Assembly: GCA_040219275.1 (NCBI GenBank)
Contig: JAVJSU010000072.1
Location: 56,099-88,098, forward strand
Length of the DNA stretch: 32,000 nt
Direction: 5' to 3'
From: Aggregatilineales bacterium
GTDB taxonomy: Bacteria; Chloroflexota; Anaerolineae; Aggregatilineales; Phototrophicaceae
In this document: in pieces, positions 31,794 to 32,000 of the stretch
Layout: each line of letters starts with the position of its first letter
Position numbering within the stretch: position 1 is the stretch's first letter
Made by a program: the position numbers and the translations under genes
The notes under the pieces: model-generated
Seen by the model: the letters and a program-made list of their open reading frames with translations, nothing else
The model's database searches: none
Told to the model about the DNA's origin: nothing

Positions 31794-32000
31794 ATGAATG
31801 AAATTACACTCTACACAGATGGTTCGTGTCAGACACAGACACGGATCGGTGGCTGGGCGGTTGTCCTACGTTGCGGCGAGCATCGTAAAGTGCTGAGCGG
31901 CAGTGTCGCGGATACAACGGTCAATGCGATGGAATTGATGGCAGTGGTGAACGGGCTGAAAGCACTCAAAACAGTGAACCAGACCGTCACGATTTACACA
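31794..32000 (+). CDS. rnhA: Ribonuclease HI, N-terminal part (gene continues beyond the window end)
   Basis: My own translation gives MNEITLYTDGSCQTQTRIGGWAVVLRCGEHRKVLSGSVADTTVNAMELMAVVNGLKAL. This contains the classic RNase H motifs YTDGS and TNN/VNxMEL. A GAGGTG RBS is present. The ORF is open at the window edge. Confidence 0.85.
   Translation, partial: MNEITLYTDGSCQTQTRIGGWAVVLRCGEHRKVLSGSVADTTVNAMELMAVVNGLKALKTVNQTVTIYT

Noticed and set aside
1-32000. CRISPR arrays, rRNA genes, or IS elements with transposases.
   Set aside because: There are no short regularly spaced direct repeats, no rRNA-like conserved blocks and no transposase-like ORF. The only sizeable repeat family is the two-copy 195-bp element.

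Overview
All calls come from reading the ORF track and translating the edge ORFs by hand; no searches were run. The window appears to be the right-hand ~31 kb of an integrated conjugative element (ICE-like), plus about 1 kb of probable chromosomal flank.

- **1-10.3 kb, minus strand:** a type IA topoisomerase (partial), a VirB4-like ATPase, PrgI/VirB3-like, pilin-like and VirB6-like membrane proteins, and secreted or anchored proteins with Thr/Pro-rich linkers. Together these look like a monoderm-style type IV secretion module.
- **10.4-21.4 kb:** two LuxR-type response regulators. An actin-like ParM plus a ParR-like adaptor, co-transcribed with an AT-rich HEPN-like gene (Rx5H motif) and a small acidic ORF. 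Several HTH regulators. A DUF559-type endonuclease fusion. A DUF3987 helicase-like protein, a CHC2/Toprim primase and a LexA-DBD-like protein. Two copies of a ~195-bp repeat punctuate this block.
- **21.5-29.9 kb, the most interesting part:** a co-directional operon encodes a TGT-fold protein fused to an ArcS-type domain (exact PC-X3-KPY-X2-S-X2-H signature), a 1388-aa SF2 helicase ending in a DUF1998-type Cys module, a PLD-type nuclease and a nucleoside 2-deoxyribosyltransferase. It converges on int-queC-yhhQ. I read this as a compact 7-deazaguanine DNA modification/restriction locus. It combines Dpd-like chemistry with a DISARM-like helicase/DUF1998/PLD core, and the window contains no DpdB, DpdC or methyltransferase.
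- **Right end:** a tyrosine integrase, then an ORF-free ~0.8 kb structured region with a 227-nt nested hairpin and a strong plus-strand intrinsic terminator, then the 5' end of rnhA.

No rRNA, tRNA or CRISPR array was recognised. The host may be Chloroflexota-like, judged only from the TP-rich linkers and mid-range GC; this is a guess.
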